Assembly: GCF_017876815.1 (NCBI RefSeq)
Contig: NZ_JAGIOS010000001.1
Location: forward strand, 1,410,001-1,442,000
Source: Sinorhizobium meliloti
GTDB lineage: Bacteria > Pseudomonadota > Alphaproteobacteria > Rhizobiales > Rhizobiaceae
Length of the DNA stretch: 32,000 nt
Direction: 5' to 3'
How positions within the stretch are numbered: the first letter of the stretch is position 1; each line of letters opens with the position of its first letter. Positions 17,187 through 27,195 of this stretch are shown in pieces. A program made the position numbers and the translations under genes. The notes beneath the pieces are model-generated. The model was not told where the DNA came from and did not search any database. It worked only from the letters and a program-made list of their open reading frames with translations.

Positions 17187-18080
17187 ATGAAGTTGAGCCG
17201 CCGACTGGTTCCCGACGTGACGACGCTGCAGGCCTTCGAATGCGCGGCGCGCCACGGCAGTTTCACCCAGGCCGCCGCGGAGCTCAATCTCACGCAGAGC
17301 GCCGTCAGCCGGCAGATCAAGGATCTCGAGAACCAGCTGGGCGTGCTGCTCTTCGAGCGGGTACGCCAGCGGGTCATTCTTTCCGATGCGGGGCAGAAAT
17401 TCCTGCCGGAAGTGCGCCGGCTTCTGAACCAGACCGAAGAGCTGATGGTGCGCGCCATGGCGTCGGCGCGGGCCGACTCGAGCCTCTCCATCGCATCGCT
17501 TCCGACCTTCGGCAGCCGCTGGCTGGTGCCTCGCCTGCCCGATTTCCTGAGGCGCCATCCGGGCACCGTCGTCAATATCGCCTCCCGCTCTGAGCCGTTC
17601 GATTTCGAAGAGCAGAACTTCGACCTCGCCATCCATTACGGCCAGCCCGTCTGGGCGCGGGCCATTTGCAACTACCTCTGCAGCGAAGTCATCGTGCCGG
17701 CAGCCAGCCCGGCCCTTCTTTCGGTACATCCGGTGGAGGCGCCTGCGGACATCGGCGGCGCCCCGCTGCTGCATCTGGCGACGCGGCCCAAGCTCTGGGC
17801 GCAATGGTTCGAGGCAAACGGCGTCGAGCAGGACGGCGCCTATCGCGGCAACCGCTTCGATCAATTCTCGATGGTAATCGAGGCGGCGACTGCAGGTCTC
17901 GGTTTTGCCCTTTTACCTCGCTATCTGATCGAGCAGGAACTTACCGCAGGCACCCTGCGGATCGTTCTCGATCGACCGATGCAGACGGAGAACAGCTATT
18001 ATCTCGCCATTCCGGAAGGCAAGCTCGAAAATCCGATCAGCCGCGCTTTCCGGGAGTGGATCACCGAACAGGTCGGTTGA
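17187..18080 (+). CDS. LysR-family transcriptional regulator (GcvA/AmpR-like), divergent from the hglS operon
   Basis: 297 aa. N-terminal wHTH LQAFECAARHGSFTQAAAELNLTQSAVSRQIKDLE and a C-terminal LysR substrate-binding domain. Only 74 bp separate it from the divergent hglS start. Confidence 0.9.
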   Translation: MKLSRRLVPDVTTLQAFECAARHGSFTQAAAELNLTQSAVSRQIKDLENQLGVLLFERVRQRVILSDAGQKFLPEVRRLLNQTEELMVRAMASARADSSLSIASLPTFGSRWLVPRLPDFLRRHPGTVVNIASRSEPFDFEEQNFDLAIHYGQPVWARAICNYLCSEVIVPAASPALLSVHPVEAPADIGGAPLLHLATRPKLWAQWFEANGVEQDGAYRGNRFDQFSMVIEAATAGLGFALLPRYLIEQELTAGTLRIVLDRPMQTENSYYLAIPEGKLENPISRAFREWITEQVG

Positions 18081-18520
18081 TCGGTCGCGGTGACAAGCCC
18101 CGGTCGAGGGCCTGCGGATCTCAGACTGCGGATATGATGCCGCTTACACCAGGAAGGGGCGGATTTTGACAGAGATATCCATCGAACCGAGGGAGCTTGC
18201 CGGCTGGCCCGGCTCCGCGCGGTGCGGGTCTCCGGAGCCGGCTGCGGGCGATGCTCGCATTCCTTGCAAGCTGCTGACATCACGGCTAAAAAATGCCATC
18301 TTCATGCACCACGCGGCCGTGAAATCCAGCGCGCCGCCGGCTTTGCGTTCGGCGCCTGCCTTCACCGATACTCTCTTCCCGGGACGATGACGGCGAAGGA
18401 GGGCACATGACCGTGTCTAGAAACGTGCCGGCGCCGTCTGCATCCTCGGGGTCGCAGCCACACCGGCAGAACAACGACAACCGGGCCGATCAGTCCCGAG
18501 TGGAACCAGAATCCGTACCC

Positions 18521-21500
18521 ATGCTCCAGAACACAACGCAGTCCAATTTACCGCGCGAACCGGAAGCGAAGCAGATCGATTACAACGATTCGATCCGCTC
18601 GACCTATTTCTCGATAGACGACCTGCGAGCATGCGGCGCGAGCCTCGCCGAAAAAGGCACATCCGCTCTGCCGGGCTTCTTTCCTTTCGAATTTCGCGCC
18701 CGCCACCGGGAGAACGAAAAGGAAATCCTGCGCGTCTACCGGGCGACCGCGGCCGACGTGGAAGCCGGCGCCTCGATTACGCCTGCAGCCGAATGGCTGC
18801 TCGACAACCACCACGTCGTCGAAGAGGCGATCCAGGAGGTACGGCGCGACTTTCCGCGCCGGTTCTACCGGCAACTGCCGACCCTCTCGGTCTCCGGAAC
18901 CGTCATCCCGCGCACGATGGCGCTTGCCTGGCTTTACGTTGCCCATACCCATAGTACCGTCACGCGGGAAAGCATCACCGCGATGGTGGAGGGCTTCCAG
19001 GAGCACGAGACCCTCAAGATCGGCGAGTTGTGGGCGCTGCCGTCGATCCTGCGTTTCGTCCTCATCGAAAATCTGAGGCGCATCGCCATCCGCGTCGAGC
19101 GCTCGCGCGGCATGCGGCGGAAGGCGAACGAGGTCGCCGACCAGCTCATCCGGCTGAACGATCCGGAAGGCTGCCGGACACTTCTGGTGGAGTCCGAGGC
19201 GCTCGCCGCCGACAACACCTTCATCGCACAGCTCCTTTACCGCATGCGTGACGGTTCGCAGAGCTCGGGTGCCGTCATCGCCTGGATCGAGGAGAGGCTG
19301 GAGAGGCGCGGCACCGATGTCGAGGAGGCGCTGGTAGCGGAGCAGAACCGCCTTTCGTCCGGCAACGCGACGATGAGCAATATCATCCGCAGCCTGCGCG
19401 AGATCGACGACACGGACTGGGCCGTCTGGTTCGAAAGCGTCAGCAAGATCGATGCGACGCTGCGCGAAGGGTCCGACTATGCGGCGCTCGATTTCGGATC
19501 GCGCAACACATATCGCGACACGATCGAGAAGCTCGCCCGCCGCTCCGGCCACAGCGAGCACGAAGTCACGGAGATCGCGATCGAGATGGTCGAGGAGGCG
19601 AAGGCCGCCGCGGCCGTCGAAGCGCCTCTGCAGGAGCCGAATGTCGGCTCCTTCCTCGTCGGCAAGCAGCGCCTGGCGCTCGAGAAGAGGATCGGCTATT
19701 CGCCCTCGATCTTCCAGCACCTCATCCGGTCGGTGCGCAAGCTCGACTGGTTCGCCATAGCCGGGCCGAACATTCTCTTGACGATCCTGGCGATGATCGT
19801 CGTCTATGCCTTCGTCAGCCCGATGGATATTCCGAGCGGCGCGAAGCTGATCATGCTCCTGCTCTTCGCGCTGCCTGCCTCCGAAGGCGCGATGGGCCTG
19901 TTCAACACGGTCTTCACGCTGTTCGCCAAACCCTCGCGGCTCGTCGGTTACGAGTTTCTCGACGGAATACCCGAGGACGCACGCACGCTGGTCGTGGTGC
20001 CTTGCCTGATTGCCAAGCGCGACCATGTGGACGAGCTCGTGCGCAACCTCGAGGTTCACTATCTCGCCAATCCGCGCGGCGAGATCTATTTCGCGCTCTT
20101 GAGCGATTGGGCCGACAGCAAGTCGGAGGAGGCGCCCGCCGACACGGATGTCCTGGAATATGCCAAGCGCGAGATTGCGTCTCTCTCTGCCCGCTATGCC
20201 TATGACGGCAAGACGCGCTTCTTCCTGCTGCACCGCCGCCGCCTCTACAACGAGGCCGAGGGCGTGTGGATGGGATGGGAGCGCAAGCGCGGCAAGCTGC
20301 ACGAGTTGAACCTGCTGCTTCGCGGCGACCGCGATACCTCCTTCCTTCAGGGCGCCAACATGGTGCCGGAGGGCGTGCAATATGTGATGACGCTCGACTC
20401 CGACACGCGTCTCATGCGCGACGCGGTGACCAAGCTCGTCGGCAAGCTCTATCACCCGATCAACAGGCCGGTCGTCAATCCGAGGACACAGGAGGTCGTG
20501 ACCGGCTACAGCCTCCTGCAGCCGCGCGTGACGCCGTCGCTCACCACCGGCAGCGAGGCCTCGGCCTTCCAGCGCATCTTCACCATCAATCGCGGCATCG
20601 ACCCTTACGTCTTCACCGTTTCGGACGTCTATCAGGACATTGCCGGCGAAGGCAGCTTCACCGGCAAGGGCCTCTATCATGTCGACGCCTTCGAGGCTGC
20701 TCTCAAGAGCAGGATCGAAGAAAATGCGGTGCTCAGCCACGACCTTCTCGAAGGTTCCTATGCGCGTTGCGCGCTGGTCACCGACATCGAGCTCGTCGAG
20801 GATTTTCCGATCCGCTACGAGGTCGAGATGTCGCGCCAGCATCGTTGGGCGCGAGGCGACTGGCAGCTGCTGCCGTATATCTTCAATCCGAAGAACGGCC
20901 TGTCGATGCTCGGGCGCTGGAAGATGTACGACAATCTGCGCCGCTCGCTCATTCCGGTCGCCTGGCTCGCCGCCTCGGTCATGGGCTGGTACTACATGGA
21001 GCCGACCCCGGCGCTGATCTGGCAGCTCGTGCTGATTTTCAGCCTGTTCGTCGCGCCGACGCTGTCGCTGATTTCCGGGATCATGCCGCGGCGCAACGAC
21101 ATCGTCGCGCGTGCGCATCTCCACACGGTGCTGTCGGACATCCGCGCCGCAAACGCGCAGGTCGCGCTGCGCATCGTCTTCATCGCCCATAATGCCGCGA
21201 TGATGGCGGATGCGATCGTGCGCTCGCTCTATCGCACCTTCGTCAGCCGCAAGCTTATGCTCGAATGGCGCACCGCCGCGCAGGTGCAGAGCGCCGGCCA
21301 TGGTTCGATCGGCGACTACTTCCGCGCGATGTGGACGGCACCGGCGCTTGCGCTCGTGTCGCTGGCGCTTGCAGCCATCTCCGATACGGGGCTGCCCTTC
21401 ATCGGGCTGCCCTTTGCCCTTATCTGGGCCGCCTCGCCGGCGGTTGCCTGGTTCGTCAGCCAGTCCGCCGAGACCGAAGACCAGCTCGTCGTTTCCGAGG

Positions 21501-24500
21501 AGGCGATCGAGGAGATGCGCAAGATCGCCCGGCGGACATGGCGCTATTTCGAGGCGTTCGTCACTGCCGAGCAGAACTTCCTGCCACCGGACAACTTCCA
21601 GGAAACGCCGCAGCCGGTGCTCGCGGAGCGAACCTCGCCGACGAATATCGGCGTCTATCTCCTGTCGGTCATGTCGGCCCGGTCCTTCGGCTGGATCGGT
21701 TTCGAGGAGACGATCACGCGCCTCGAGCAGACGATCGCCACGATCGACCGCATGCCGAAATATCGCGGCCATCTCTTCAACTGGTATCGCACGCGCGGCC
21801 TCGAACCGATGGAGCCGCGCTATGTCTCCTCGGTCGACAGCGGAAACCTCGCCGGACACCTGATCGCGGTCTCGTCCATGTGCCGCGAATGGGCCGAAGC
21901 GCCCTCCGCCCACGTCCAGGGCAATCTCGACGGCATCGGCGACGTCGCGGCGATTCTGAAGGAGGCGTTGAACGAGCTTCCCGACGATCGCAAGACCGTA
22001 CGGCCGCTCAGGCGTCTGGTCGAGGAACGCATCGCCGGCTTCCAGAATGCACTTGCGGCGGTTAAGCGCGAGCGCGAATTCGCCTCCATCCGGGTGATCA
22101 ACCTCGCGGTGCTCGCACGCGACATGCACAAGCTGACGGTCAATCTCGACCATGAGGTGCGCACCGTCCAGAGCGGCGAAGTGGCGACATGGGCGGGCTC
22201 GCTGGTGGCAGCCTGCGAGGCGCATATCGCCGACGGCGTCTTCGACCTCGGTGCCATCGAGGCTCTGCGCCAGCGTCTGCTGGTGCTCAAGGAGCGCGCG
22301 CGCGACATCGCCTTCTCGATGGACTTCAGCTTCCTGTTCCGGCCGGAGCGGCGGCTGCTGTCGATCGGCTACCGGGTCAACGCCAATGAGCTCGACGAGG
22401 CCTGCTACGACCTGCTCGCCTCCGAGGCGCGGCTGACGAGCCTTTTCGCGATCGCCAAGGGGGATCTGCCGACCGAGCACTGGTACAAGCTCGGCCGCCC
22501 GATCGTGCCGATCGGCGCGCGCGGTGCGCTCGTCTCCTGGTCGGGCTCGATGTTCGAATATCTGATGCCCCCGCTCGTCATGCAGGAGCGGCAGGGCGGC
22601 ATCCTCAACCAGACCAACAATCTGGTAGTCCAGGAGCAGATCAATCACGGCCGGCGGCTCGGAACGCCCTGGGGCATTTCCGAGGCGGCCTTCAATGCGC
22701 GCGACCACGAGCTGACCTACCAGTATACGAACTTCGGCGTGCCGACGCTGGGCCTGAAGCGCGGCCTCGGGCAGAACGCCGTCATCGCGCCTTACGCGTC
22801 CATTCTCGCCTGCATGTACGATCCGAAATCGGCGCTCGCCAATCTGGCGCGGCTCCGGGAGGTCGGTGCGCTTGGGGCCTACGGCTATCACGACGCCGTC
22901 GATTTCACGCCGACGCGCGTGCCGGAAGGCCAGAAATGCGCCGTCGTGCGCAACTATTATGCCCATCATCACGGCATGTCGGTCGCCGCGGTCGCCAATG
23001 TCGTCTTCAACGGGCAGCTGCGCGAGTGGTTCCACGCCGATCCCGTCATCGAGGCCGCCGAACTCCTCCTGCAGGAAAAGGCCCCGCGTGACATCCCGGT
23101 CATGGCAGCCAAGCGCGAGCCGGAAGCGCTGGGCAAGGGCCAGGCCGATCTCCTGCGCCCCGAAGTCCGCGTCGTCGAAGACCCGATCAATCAGGACCGC
23201 GAGACGGTGCTTCTGTCGAACGGTCACTACTCCGTCATGTTGACGGCGACCGGGGCGGGCTATGCCCGCTGGAACGGCCAGTCGGTCACGAGATGGACTC
23301 CGGACCCGGTAGAGGACAGGACGGGGACCTTCATCTTCCTTCGCGACACGGTGACGGGCGACTGGTGGTCGGCCACGGCCGAGCCCCGGCGTGCGCCGGG
23401 CGAAAAGACCGTTACCCGCTTCGGCGACGACAAGGCCGAATTCGTCAAGACCGTCGGCGATCTGACAAGCGAGGTGGAATGCATCGTCGCGACCGAGCAC
23501 GATGCCGAAGGCCGCCGGGTTATCCTGCTCAACACGGGCACGGAGGACCGGTTCATCGAGGTGACCTCCTATGCCGAGCCGGTGCTTGCGATGGACGATG
23601 CCGACAGCTCGCACCCGACCTTCTCGAAGATGTTCCTGCGCACCGAGATCAGCCGTCACGGAGACGTGATATGGGTCTCGCGCAACAAGCGAAGCCCCGG
23701 CGATCCGGACATCGAGGTCGCCCATCTCGTCACCGACAATGCCGGCAGCGAGCGCCACACGCAGGCGGAAACCGATCGCCGGCGCTTCCTCGGCCAGGGC
23801 CGCACGCTTGCCGAGGCGGCCGCATTCGACCCGGGCGCCACGCTTTCCGGCACCGACGGCTTCACGCTCGATCCGATCGTGTCGCTCCGCCGCGTCGTAC
23901 GCGTGCCGGCGGGCAAGAAAGTGAGCGTCATCTTCTGGACGATCGCCGCCCCGGACAGGGAAGGCGTCGACCGGGCGATCGACCGCTACCGGCATCCGGA
24001 AACCTTCAATCACGAGCTCATCCATGCCTGGACCCGCAGCCAGGTGCAGATGCGCCATGTCGGGATCACCTCGAAGGAGGCCGCGAGCTTCCAGATGCTC
24101 GGCCGCTATCTCGTCTATCCGGATATGCACCTTCGCGCCGACGCGGAGACCGTCAAGACCGGGCTCGCCTCGCAATCGGCGCTGTGGCCGCTGGCGATCT
24201 CCGGCGATTTCCCGATCTTCTGCCTCAGGATCAACGACGACGGCGATCTCGGCATCGCCCGCGAGGCCTTGCGGGCGCAGGAATATCTGAGAGCTCGCGG
24301 CATCACCGCCGATCTGGTGGTCGTCAACGAGCGCGCCTCCTCCTACGCGCAGGACCTGCAGCACACGCTCGACTCGATGTGCGAGAATTTGAGGCTTCGC
24401 GGCCTTTCGGACGGCCCGCGCCAGCACATATTTGCGGTGCGCCGGGACCTTATGGAACCGGAAACCTGGTCGACGCTGATCTCGGCATCCCGCGCCGTCT

Positions 24501-27019
24501 TCCATGCGCGCAACGGCACGATCTCGGATCAGATAGCCCGCGCCACATCGCTCTACTCCAAATCTTCCGAAAAGAAGGAGGAGGGCGCCGAGATGCTGCT
24601 GCCGGTGATACGGGAGGCCGACGCGCGGACGGCGGTCGAACTCGATGGCGGCGACCTGGATTTCTGGAACGGCTTCGGCGGCTTTGCCGAGGACGGCCGA
24701 GAATATGCCGTGCGGCTGCGCGGAGGCGAGGCGACGCCGCAGCCCTGGATCAACGTCATCTCCAACGAGCAGTTCGGCTTCCATGTCTCCGCCGAGGGTG
24801 CGGCCTTCTCCTGGAGCCGCAATTCGCGCGACTATCAGTTGACGCCCTGGACCAACGACGCGGTCGTCAATCGTCCGGGCGAGGCGATCTTCGTGCGCGA
24901 CATGGCAAGCGGCGCGGTGCTGACGCCCTATGCCGCACTGTCGCGGCGCAAGTCCGCCCTGTTCGAAACGCGTCACGGCCTCGGCTATTCGCGCTTTCTC
25001 AGCACACAGGACGAGCTCGAGATCGAGGCCATGCATACGGTCCACAGGACCTTGCCGGCCAAGCTCGTACGGCTGACGATCCGCAACCGCAGTTCGGCCG
25101 CGCGCAAGCTGCGCGTCTACGGCTATGCGGAATGGGTGCTCGGCAACAATCGCAGCCGTACCGCGCCCTTCGTCCTCAGCGAGTGGGACGAAAGCGCGAA
25201 GACGCTCGTCGCCACCAATCCCTACAGCATCGATTATCCGGGCCGGTGCGCGTTCTTCGCCAGCGACGGCGATATCGCCGGCTATACGGCGAGCCGGCGG
25301 GAATTCCTTGGCCGGGCCGGAGGAATCCTCGCGCCGCAGGCAGTGATATCAGGCGCCGAGCTCACCGGATCGACGGATGTGGACGGGGATGCCTGCGCGG
25401 CGCTCGCGACGGATATCACCGTCGAGGCGGGCGTGGAGCGACAGGTCACCTTCTTCCTCGGTGATGCCGACAATCCCGATCAGGTGCGAGCCGTCCTGGA
25501 GGAACTCAGGGCGGACAGTTTCGGCGCCGCGCTCGAGGCGGCGAAGGCGTTCTGGGGTGATTTCACCGGGGTCGTGAAGGTGGAGACGCCCGATCGGGCC
25601 TTCAACCACATGATCAACCACTGGCTGCCCTACCAGGCGCTCGGCTGCCGGATCATGGCACGCTCGGCCTTCTACCAGGCAAGCGGTGCCTTCGGTTTCC
25701 GCGATCAGCTGCAGGACACGCTCGCCTTCCTCATCCATCGGCCGGCGCTTGCCCGTGCGCAGATTCTCAATGCCGCGGCGCGGCAGTTCGTCGAAGGCGA
25801 CGTGCAGCATTGGTGGCTGCCCGGAACGGACGCGGGCGTCCGCACGATGATCTCGGACGACGTGGTGTGGCTCGCACACGCGGTTGCGCATTATTGCGCC
25901 GTCACCGGCGAGGAAGACATCCTCAAGGAGAAAGTTCCCTTCATCACCGGGCCGGCTCTGGAAGAGGGCCAGCACGACAGCTTCTACAAGCCGGATGTGG
26001 CCGACGAGGTGGGCGACGTCTACGAGCATTGCGCCCGTGCGCTCGATCTCGCCATCCACCGGACCGGTGCCAACGGTCTGCCGCTCATTCTCGGCGGCGA
26101 CTGGAACGACGGCATGAACCGGGTCGGGGAGGCCGGGGAGGGCACGAGTGTCTGGCTCGGCTGGTTCCTGGCCGGCACCCTGCGCGCGTTCCTGCCCTAT
26201 GCCCGTGCCCGGAAGGACAAGCCGCGCGTGGCGCTATGGGAGCGGCATCTCGAAGCACTGAAGGATGCGCTCGAACAGGCAGGTTGGGACGGCGACTACT
26301 ATCGCCGCGGCTATTACGACGACGGCACGCCGCTCGGATCGGCGGAGAACGGCGAGTGCCGCATCGATTCGATCGCGCAATCCTGGAGCACACTTTCGGG
26401 AGAGGGCGACAAGGAGCGCTCGCTGCGCGCAATGGATGCCGTGATGGCGGAGCTCGTCGATCCCGAAAAGCGCATCGTCCGGCTGTTCACGCCGCCGCTC
26501 GAGACGACGAAGCAGGACCCGGGCTACATCAAGGCCTATCCCCCGGGCGTGCGCGAGAACGGCGGTCAATATACCCACGCGGCCACCTGGGTGGTGCTGG
26601 CATTCGCTGCTCAGGAGCGGGCGGAGGAGGCCTGGCGCACCTTCCGCATGCTCAACCCCGTGTCGCATGCTCTCAGCCAGGTGGACGCCGAGCATTATCG
26701 TGTCGAGCCCTATGTGGTTGCTGCCGATATCTATGGTGAGGGCGCGCTTGCCGGCCGCGGCGGCTGGACCTGGTACACGGGCTCCGCCGGCTGGCTCTAC
26801 CGCGCCGGCGTCGAAGGGATCCTCGGCATCCGCAAGAGAGGCGACAAGCTCTTGATCCGCCCCGTCCTGCCCTCCGAATGGCCGGGCTATTCGGCCGAAG
26901 TGCGCGTGAACGGCACCACGCACCGGATTTCCGTCAGCCGCGATTCAAAAAGTGGTGAACCGGTCGTAAGTGTAAATAATAGTGTCACAAAAAACGCGCA
27001 TGAAGGGGTTTTGCTGTAG
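18521..27019 (+). CDS. ndvB: Cyclic beta-1,2-glucan synthase (GT84 glycosyltransferase, cyclisation domain and GH94 phosphorylase domain)
   Basis: Starting at ATG 18521 gives 2832 aa, the length I recall for S. meliloti NdvB. GT motifs are LLSDWAD, TLDSDT (about 20389-20406) and QHRWARGDW (about 20837). Multiple TM segments and a long C-terminal glycoside-phosphorylase-like region are present. An in-frame upstream ATG at 18407 with a strong Shine-Dalgarno is an alternative start (see findings). Confidence 0.95.
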   Translation: MLQNTTQSNLPREPEAKQIDYNDSIRSTYFSIDDLRACGASLAEKGTSALPGFFPFEFRARHRENEKEILRVYRATAADVEAGASITPAAEWLLDNHHVVEEAIQEVRRDFPRRFYRQLPTLSVSGTVIPRTMALAWLYVAHTHSTVTRESITAMVEGFQEHETLKIGELWALPSILRFVLIENLRRIAIRVERSRGMRRKANEVADQLIRLNDPEGCRTLLVESEALAADNTFIAQLLYRMRDGSQSSGAVIAWIEERLERRGTDVEEALVAEQNRLSSGNATMSNIIRSLREIDDTDWAVWFESVSKIDATLREGSDYAALDFGSRNTYRDTIEKLARRSGHSEHEVTEIAIEMVEEAKAAAAVEAPLQEPNVGSFLVGKQRLALEKRIGYSPSIFQHLIRSVRKLDWFAIAGPNILLTILAMIVVYAFVSPMDIPSGAKLIMLLLFALPASEGAMGLFNTVFTLFAKPSRLVGYEFLDGIPEDARTLVVVPCLIAKRDHVDELVRNLEVHYLANPRGEIYFALLSDWADSKSEEAPADTDVLEYAKREIASLSARYAYDGKTRFFLLHRRRLYNEAEGVWMGWERKRGKLHELNLLLRGDRDTSFLQGANMVPEGVQYVMTLDSDTRLMRDAVTKLVGKLYHPINRPVVNPRTQEVVTGYSLLQPRVTPSLTTGSEASAFQRIFTINRGIDPYVFTVSDVYQDIAGEGSFTGKGLYHVDAFEAALKSRIEENAVLSHDLLEGSYARCALVTDIELVEDFPIRYEVEMSRQHRWARGDWQLLPYIFNPKNGLSMLGRWKMYDNLRRSLIPVAWLAASVMGWYYMEPTPALIWQLVLIFSLFVAPTLSLISGIMPRRNDIVARAHLHTVLSDIRAANAQVALRIVFIAHNAAMMADAIVRSLYRTFVSRKLMLEWRTAAQVQSAGHGSIGDYFRAMWTAPALALVSLALAAISDTGLPFIGLPFALIWAASPAVAWFVSQSAETEDQLVVSEEAIEEMRKIARRTWRYFEAFVTAEQNFLPPDNFQETPQPVLAERTSPTNIGVYLLSVMSARSFGWIGFEETITRLEQTIATIDRMPKYRGHLFNWYRTRGLEPMEPRYVSSVDSGNLAGHLIAVSSMCREWAEAPSAHVQGNLDGIGDVAAILKEALNELPDDRKTVRPLRRLVEERIAGFQNALAAVKREREFASIRVINLAVLARDMHKLTVNLDHEVRTVQSGEVATWAGSLVAACEAHIADGVFDLGAIEALRQRLLVLKERARDIAFSMDFSFLFRPERRLLSIGYRVNANELDEACYDLLASEARLTSLFAIAKGDLPTEHWYKLGRPIVPIGARGALVSWSGSMFEYLMPPLVMQERQGGILNQTNNLVVQEQINHGRRLGTPWGISEAAFNARDHELTYQYTNFGVPTLGLKRGLGQNAVIAPYASILACMYDPKSALANLARLREVGALGAYGYHDAVDFTPTRVPEGQKCAVVRNYYAHHHGMSVAAVANVVFNGQLREWFHADPVIEAAELLLQEKAPRDIPVMAAKREPEALGKGQADLLRPEVRVVEDPINQDRETVLLSNGHYSVMLTATGAGYARWNGQSVTRWTPDPVEDRTGTFIFLRDTVTGDWWSATAEPRRAPGEKTVTRFGDDKAEFVKTVGDLTSEVECIVATEHDAEGRRVILLNTGTEDRFIEVTSYAEPVLAMDDADSSHPTFSKMFLRTEISRHGDVIWVSRNKRSPGDPDIEVAHLVTDNAGSERHTQAETDRRRFLGQGRTLAEAAAFDPGATLSGTDGFTLDPIVSLRRVVRVPAGKKVSVIFWTIAAPDREGVDRAIDRYRHPETFNHELIHAWTRSQVQMRHVGITSKEAASFQMLGRYLVYPDMHLRADAETVKTGLASQSALWPLAISGDFPIFCLRINDDGDLGIAREALRAQEYLRARGITADLVVVNERASSYAQDLQHTLDSMCENLRLRGLSDGPRQHIFAVRRDLMEPETWSTLISASRAVFHARNGTISDQIARATSLYSKSSEKKEEGAEMLLPVIREADARTAVELDGGDLDFWNGFGGFAEDGREYAVRLRGGEATPQPWINVISNEQFGFHVSAEGAAFSWSRNSRDYQLTPWTNDAVVNRPGEAIFVRDMASGAVLTPYAALSRRKSALFETRHGLGYSRFLSTQDELEIEAMHTVHRTLPAKLVRLTIRNRSSAARKLRVYGYAEWVLGNNRSRTAPFVLSEWDESAKTLVATNPYSIDYPGRCAFFASDGDIAGYTASRREFLGRAGGILAPQAVISGAELTGSTDVDGDACAALATDITVEAGVERQVTFFLGDADNPDQVRAVLEELRADSFGAALEAAKAFWGDFTGVVKVETPDRAFNHMINHWLPYQALGCRIMARSAFYQASGAFGFRDQLQDTLAFLIHRPALARAQILNAAARQFVEGDVQHWWLPGTDAGVRTMISDDVVWLAHAVAHYCAVTGEEDILKEKVPFITGPALEEGQHDSFYKPDVADEVGDVYEHCARALDLAIHRTGANGLPLILGGDWNDGMNRVGEAGEGTSVWLGWFLAGTLRAFLPYARARKDKPRVALWERHLEALKDALEQAGWDGDYYRRGYYDDGTPLGSAENGECRIDSIAQSWSTLSGEGDKERSLRAMDAVMAELVDPEKRIVRLFTPPLETTKQDPGYIKAYPPGVRENGGQYTHAATWVVLAFAAQERAEEAWRTFRMLNPVSHALSQVDAEHYRVEPYVVAADIYGEGALAGRGGWTWYTGSAGWLYRAGVEGILGIRKRGDKLLIRPVLPSEWPGYSAEVRVNGTTHRISVSRDSKSGEPVVSVNNSVTKNAHEGVLL

Positions 27020-27043
27020 CTGCCGGATTTGAAGCATGAGCTG

Positions 27044-27084
27044 AACCGGCTTTGTATCCGTCAGGGCAAGGCCGGTTTTTGTTT
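27044..27084 (+). terminator. Rho-independent terminator of ndvB
   Basis: An 11-bp stem, AACCGGCTTTG (27044-27054) paired with CAAGGCCGGTT (27067-27077) including one G-U pair, closes a 12-nt loop. TTTGTTT follows. It begins 25 nt after the ndvB stop. Confidence 0.7.
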
Positions 27085-27195
27085 GCTCAGGTTCGTCATT
27101 CATCATGGCGTCGGCGCGGCCCGGATTGTCCCGGCACGGCGGCGCCGGTCTCAACAGGGGTGGGGCGGGGCGCCAAATCCCGGATATCGACGCGC

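Noticed and set aside
18548-25045. A 2165-aa ORF antisense to ndvB, the second-longest ORF in the window
   Set aside because: It lies entirely inside ndvB on the opposite strand. Its translation is Arg/Ala/Gly/Asp/Pro-rich low-complexity sequence with no recognisable motifs. Long stop-free antisense frames are expected in genes with very high GC3. The sense frame carries all the conserved GT84/GH94-type motifs. Only ribosome profiling or proteomics could revive it.
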